From the NCBI GenBank assembly GCA_965221125.1, contig CBDCRW010000007.1, positions 256,001-320,000 on the forward strand: a stretch of DNA of 64,000 bases, given 5' to 3'. The DNA is from Alphaproteobacteria bacterium. Its GTDB lineage: Bacteria > Pseudomonadota > Alphaproteobacteria > UBA828. Positions 59,693 to 64,000 of the stretch are shown in pieces; position 1 is the stretch's first letter; each line of letters starts with the position of its first letter. The notes under the pieces were generated by a model. That model had not been told where the DNA came from, did no database searches, and saw nothing but the letters and a program-made list of their open reading frames with translations. Made by a program: the position numbers and the translations under genes.

Positions 59693-61293
59693 TCGCTCCG
59701 CACCGCGACGACGACGACATCCCCGCCGTCACCTACGACCTGAACGACGACGGCGTCGTCGTCATCATCGGCTCGGGCGCGGGCGGCGGGACCATCGCCG
59801 ACGAGCTGACGCGGCGCGGCATCGACGTGGTGGTGCTGGAGGCCGGCCCCCGCTTCAAGATGAGCGACATCGTCAACGACGAGTGGGCGATGTACGACCG
59901 CCTCACCTGGAAGGACACGCGCGCCTGCACCGGCGCCTCGCCCATCGCCCGCGACTACCCGACGGCGCCGACCTGGACCTGCAAGGGCGTGGGCGGCACC
60001 ACGCTCCACTGGGCGGCCATGTGCCCGCGCGGGCTGCCCTACGAGTTCAGGACGCGCTCGACCTACGGCGAGGTCGACGGCGCCGACGTGGCCGACTGGC
60101 CCTTCGACTACGAGGAGATCGAGCCCTTCTACCGCGAGGCCGAGAGCAAGATGGGCGTCAGCGGGCGGGGCAACACGCCGCAGCACCGGGGCAACAACAA
60201 CTACCGGGTCATGGCGCTCGGCGCGAAGCGCATGGGCTACACCGACTACGGCATCAACAACGTCGCCATCAACGCGGTGCCGCGCGACGGGCGCAACGCC
60301 TGCGACCAGATCGGCTTCTGCATGCAGGGCTGCAAGTCGGGCGGCAAGTGGTCCACCTTCGTCTCGGAGCTGCCGCGCGCGGAGGCGACCGGCCGCTGCG
60401 AGATCCGCACGCGCTGCATGGCGCTCCGCATAGAGCACGACGAGCGCGGCTGCGCGAGCGGCGTGCTCTATGCCGACGCGGCGGGGCAGCACCACCTGCA
60501 GAAGGCGCGGCTGGTCTGCGTCGCGGCCAACTCCATCGAGACCGCGCGGCTGCTGCTCAACTCCGAATCGAGCGCGTGGCCGGACGGTCTCGCCAACGGC
60601 TCGGGCATGGTCGGCAAGCACTACATGCGCCACACGACGGCCTACATGTACGCAGAATTCCCGCAACCTGTGCGCATGTACCGCGGCATGGTCTGCTCCG
60701 GCATCATCCACGACGAGGCGCGGCACGACCCCGCCCGCGGCTTCGCCGGCGGCTTCCTCTACGGCACCATCGGCCTCGGCCTCCCCTTCTTCGCGGCCTT
60801 CCTCAGTCCGGGCCGCTGGGGCCGCGATTATGCGAGCTGGATCGAGGCGTATGAGCGCATCGCGGGCTTCTTCATGAACGGCGAGGATATGGCGATCGCC
60901 ACCAACCGGGTGACGCTGCACCCGAGCGAGAAGGACCAGCACGGGCTGCCGATCCCGAGCCTGCACCTCGACGATCATCCCAACGACCTCGCCATGAAGC
61001 GCTACGGCTACCGCAACGGCATCGCGCTCCTGGAGGCGGCGGGTGCGACCCGCGTCTTCTGCTCGCCGCCGCTGCCGGTCTCGCACAATCTCGGCACCTG
61101 CCGCATGAGCACCGATCCGGATTCCGGCGTGATCGACCGCTGGGGCCGGAGCCACGAGGTCCCCAACCTCTTCGTCTCCGACGGCAGCCAGTTCACCTCG
61201 TCCTTGGCCGGCAACCCGACGCTCACCATCGTCGCCCTTGCGCTGCGCCAGGCAGGCCACATCGCGCGCCAGATGAGCCGCGGGGATCTCTGA
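59689..61293 (+). CDS. GMC oxidoreductase
   Basis: IGSGAGGG, VGGTTLHW, CDQIGFCMQGC, HNLGTCRM, NPTLTI. Confidence 0.92.
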   Translation: MIAPHRDDDDIPAVTYDLNDDGVVVIIGSGAGGGTIADELTRRGIDVVVLEAGPRFKMSDIVNDEWAMYDRLTWKDTRACTGASPIARDYPTAPTWTCKGVGGTTLHWAAMCPRGLPYEFRTRSTYGEVDGADVADWPFDYEEIEPFYREAESKMGVSGRGNTPQHRGNNNYRVMALGAKRMGYTDYGINNVAINAVPRDGRNACDQIGFCMQGCKSGGKWSTFVSELPRAEATGRCEIRTRCMALRIEHDERGCASGVLYADAAGQHHLQKARLVCVAANSIETARLLLNSESSAWPDGLANGSGMVGKHYMRHTTAYMYAEFPQPVRMYRGMVCSGIIHDEARHDPARGFAGGFLYGTIGLGLPFFAAFLSPGRWGRDYASWIEAYERIAGFFMNGEDMAIATNRVTLHPSEKDQHGLPIPSLHLDDHPNDLAMKRYGYRNGIALLEAAGATRVFCSPPLPVSHNLGTCRMSTDPDSGVIDRWGRSHEVPNLFVSDGSQFTSSLAGNPTLTIVALALRQAGHIARQMSRGDL

Positions 61294-61376
61294 CCGCCCG
61301 TACCTCTCCGCTATGGCCGCGCTGCGCCATTCGGGTTATCCCGGCACGAGACGCTCACGCATCACGGGAGGAGAGC

Positions 61377-61787
61377 ATGGCGACGGTCGCGATGGTGGAG
61401 TACGACGACGCCACGCCGGAGGTCCGCGCGGTCTATGACGACATCATGGAGACCCGCAAGACCGACTGGATCAACAACTTCTGGAAGGTGCTGGCCAACG
61501 ATCCGCCGACCCTGAGGCGGACCTGGGAAAGCATCAAGCAGGTGATGGCGCCCGGCGCGCTCGACCCGCTGACCAAGGAGCTGATCTACGTCGCGGTCAG
61601 CGCCACCAACGGCTGCGAGTACTGCATCCGCTCCCACACCGCAGGCGCGCGGCGGCAGGGGATGACCGACGCCATGCTGGTCGAGTTGATGGCGGTGGTC
61701 GGCATGGCGAACGAGACCAATGCGCTCGCCAACGGCTACGCCGTCGATGTCGATGCTGCGTTCATGCGCGAGCCCGAGCGGAACTGA
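61377..61787 (+). CDS. Carboxymuconolactone decarboxylase/AhpD family
   Basis: KELIYVAVSATNGCEYCIRSH. Confidence 0.9.
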   Translation: MATVAMVEYDDATPEVRAVYDDIMETRKTDWINNFWKVLANDPPTLRRTWESIKQVMAPGALDPLTKELIYVAVSATNGCEYCIRSHTAGARRQGMTDAMLVELMAVVGMANETNALANGYAVDVDAAFMREPERN

Positions 61788-61823
61788 ACGCGATTCGAAC
61801 CGGGGCGCCCCGCGGGCCGGTGC

Positions 61824-62351
61824 TCAACTGGCGACGGCGTCGCCCTCCAGGTAGCGCTTGGGCCAGGCGATGCCCTGCCAGGTCTGGATGCGCACCGGGT
61901 CGAGGCGGATCAGCCAGCGCTTCCAGCTCATGGTGGGCTCCAGGTAGCTCGGGCCGTTCTCGCCGTAATAGCGGATCGACATGGTGCGGGCGACCTCTAC
62001 CCAGCGCCCGCCCACGCAGGGCCGCTCCACGATCGCCGCCTCGCACTGCGCGAGGAAGCGGCGCTGCACGCCGGCATCCGTCTCCTCGTCGGCGGCCGAC
62101 GATTCGTCGATGGTGACGGCGCAGCGGGGCCGGGCCTCCAGGTGGTGCGCCCAGGCCGAGCGCGCGCGCGGCACGACCCAGAGCGCGGAGCCGTCCCACT
62201 GGTACCAGCAGGGCACGACGTAGGGCCACGCGTTCTCGTCGAGGCAGGCGACGCGGGCGAGGAAGGGTTCTTCCAGAAAGGCGTCCACCTCGTCCGCGCT
62301 CATCCTGCCGATCTTGCCGCGCCAGCTCTCGTCGCTCTCGTTCGCGCTCAT
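61824..62351 (-). CDS. Pyridoxamine 5'-phosphate oxidase family protein
   Basis: ARVACLD..WPYVVPCWY...PRCAVTID. Confidence 0.8.
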   Translation of the reverse strand: MSANESDESWRGKIGRMSADEVDAFLEEPFLARVACLDENAWPYVVPCWYQWDGSALWVVPRARSAWAHHLEARPRCAVTIDESSAADEETDAGVQRRFLAQCEAAIVERPCVGGRWVEVARTMSIRYYGENGPSYLEPTMSWKRWLIRLDPVRIQTWQGIAWPKRYLEGDAVAS

Positions 62352-62373
62352 CGCATCCTCCTCGTCCGCCGGG

Positions 62374-63402
62374 CTAGCTCCCGTCTTCCGCATCGGCGCC
62401 GAGGTGGAACAGGCAGTCGCCGCGCTCCACCCGCCCCGGCACGCGCTTGCAGACCACGAGTCCCGTCTCGTCGAAGCGAACCTCGGTCGGCTCCCGCCAC
62501 GGCGTCTCCGGCGTGTGGATCAGGCCCGCGAGCTGGCCCTTCTCCACCTCGTCGCCGAGCTCGACCACGGGCTCGAACAGGCCGTCCTCGCTGGCGTAGG
62601 TGAAGAATTCCCACGATTCGGCGGTGAGCAGGCGGGGTGCTGCCGCCGGCTCCTCGTCGTCGTCCACCGGGCCGTGCCAGACGCCGACGTGGCGGAGCAC
62701 GCGGCGCACGCCCGCCTCGCAGATGCGCAGGCACTCGGGCGTGACCGTGCCGCTGCCCCCCATCTCGGTCCCGAAGGCGACCACGCCGCGGGCGATCGCC
62801 GCCCGCATGTTGGTGCCGCCCACGCCGCGCACCGCGGGGAAGAGGAAGCCGTAGGGCGCGCCGAAGACCCGGCCCAGCTCGATGATCCTGGCCTGCAGGT
62901 CGGCCGGCATCGCCGAATCGCGCAGCACCAGGGAGGGCAGGTACATGAGCGAGCTGCCGCCGGAATGGAGATCCATCATGTAGTCCGCGCGCGGCGTGAG
63001 CTCGCTGTCGATGTAGTGCGCGAGCATCTCGGTCGGCCTGCCGTCGTGCTTGCCGGGGAACACGCGGTTCAGGTTCAGCTCGTCGATGGGCGAGGTCCTG
63101 AGCCCCGCCTTCGCGGCCGGGTAGTTGGCCATGGGCAGGATGATGATGCGGCCCGTGACGTCGGCAGGCTCCAGGGTGCGGATCAGCCTGGTGAGCGTCA
63201 CCTGCCCCTCGTACTCGTCGCCGTGCACGCCGGACGTGAGCAGCACCGTCGGCCCATCGCCGTTCCTGATGCAGACGAGCGGCACCGGCAGCCAGCCGTA
63301 GGCCGAGCGGTGGACGGAGTGCGGCAGGCGCAGGTGGTCGCACTGCTTGCCGTCGCGGTCGAAATCGATCTGCGTACTCAGCCGCGTGGCCGTCTCTTCC
63401 AT
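62374..63402 (-). CDS. Succinylglutamate desuccinylase/aspartoacylase (DoeB-like deacylase)
   Basis: GVHGDEYEG, NLNRVFPG, DLHSGG, EMGG. Confidence 0.88.
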   Translation of the reverse strand: MEETATRLSTQIDFDRDGKQCDHLRLPHSVHRSAYGWLPVPLVCIRNGDGPTVLLTSGVHGDEYEGQVTLTRLIRTLEPADVTGRIIILPMANYPAAKAGLRTSPIDELNLNRVFPGKHDGRPTEMLAHYIDSELTPRADYMMDLHSGGSSLMYLPSLVLRDSAMPADLQARIIELGRVFGAPYGFLFPAVRGVGGTNMRAAIARGVVAFGTEMGGSGTVTPECLRICEAGVRRVLRHVGVWHGPVDDDEEPAAAPRLLTAESWEFFTYASEDGLFEPVVELGDEVEKGQLAGLIHTPETPWREPTEVRFDETGLVVCKRVPGRVERGDCLFHLGADAEDGS

Positions 63403-63544
63403 GGTGCCGCTCCCCGATTGCTCCTGTCGGCGGCCAGTCTGCCCGCTCCGGGGCGCCGGCGGCAATGGCTGCGCGCGCCTCGCGGTTTGACGCGGGGCGC
63501 CGGCGCCGCCAGTCTCCCGCACGAAGCCAGACGGGAGGAACGGC

Positions 63545-63868
63545 ATGGCACTCTACGAGATGAGGACGTACACGATACAGGTTGGCAAGCTCCCCGAGGT
63601 CGTCGGGCACTATCGCGACGAAGGCTGGCCGGTGCTGGAGAGCGAAGGTTTTGGCGCCAATCTGGTCGGCTATTTCGTTGCCGACACGGGCACCATCAAC
63701 CGGCTGGTGCATATCTGGAAGTTCGACGACGATGCCGCGCGCCGGGCGCACTGGACGCGGCTCTTCCAGAGCGAGGCGTTCATGCAATTCGCCGGCAAGG
63801 TCCGCCCGTCGGTGCTGACGCAGGAGGTCGTTCTGCTGAACGAGGCTCCCTTCGGCCCGCACCCCTAG
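63545..63868 (+). CDS. NIPSNAP family protein
   Basis: YEMRTY, GYF...GTINRLVHIW. Confidence 0.88.
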   Translation: MALYEMRTYTIQVGKLPEVVGHYRDEGWPVLESEGFGANLVGYFVADTGTINRLVHIWKFDDDAARRAHWTRLFQSEAFMQFAGKVRPSVLTQEVVLLNEAPFGPHP

Positions 63869-64000
63869 ATCGTTTCCGTGTTGCACGGAAACGATCTGAG
63901 TCTTTATCGCTCACGGCAATCGGCCTTCGGCCGATGCCTGCGCGAGCGCGCCGCATGCGCGGCGGGCCGCGGTCGCGGCCTGTCGCGCGTCCGTCATTGA
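63866..64000. repeat. Palindromic interspersed repeat, copy 2 (inverted, runs off window)
   Basis: AGATCGTTTCCGTG-TTG-CACGGAAACGATCT...; reverse complement of 285-415. Confidence 0.8.

Overview
High-GC proteobacterial chromosome, probably an alphaproteobacterium; the ankyrin, FGE-sulfatase and DUF4189 cargo suggests a host-associated lifestyle, which is inference only. Housekeeping and catabolic genes at 1-13.7 kb and 52.1-64 kb flank a ~38 kb genomic island (about 13825-52101). The island sits inside the 5' end of an old-yellow-enzyme (NADH:flavin oxidoreductase) gene. The orphan RBS and start (MSAAAAEGNQSASEL-RLV) lie at 13780 and the rest of the gene (RLVWEPLEIG...) resumes at 52091. An imperfect 11-bp repeat marks both junctions. 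The island looks like an integrative mobilisable element: two tandem tyrosine integrases at the right end, and a candidate oriT, three ribbon-helix-helix genes and a MOBF/TrwC relaxase-helicase at the left. No T4SS or coupling protein is present. Nested inside are a four-gene Mu-like transposon with a RepA-like helicase and ori-like repeats, intact IS256, IS1595 and DUF4338-ISAs1 elements (all with target duplications), several IS remnants, a Cre-like recombinase with a candidate crossover site, and a set of lower-GC secreted-protein genes. A ~150-bp structured repeat with compensatory changes occurs at both window ends. No rRNA, tRNA or CRISPR array was seen. All family assignments come from motif recognition by eye, not database searches.
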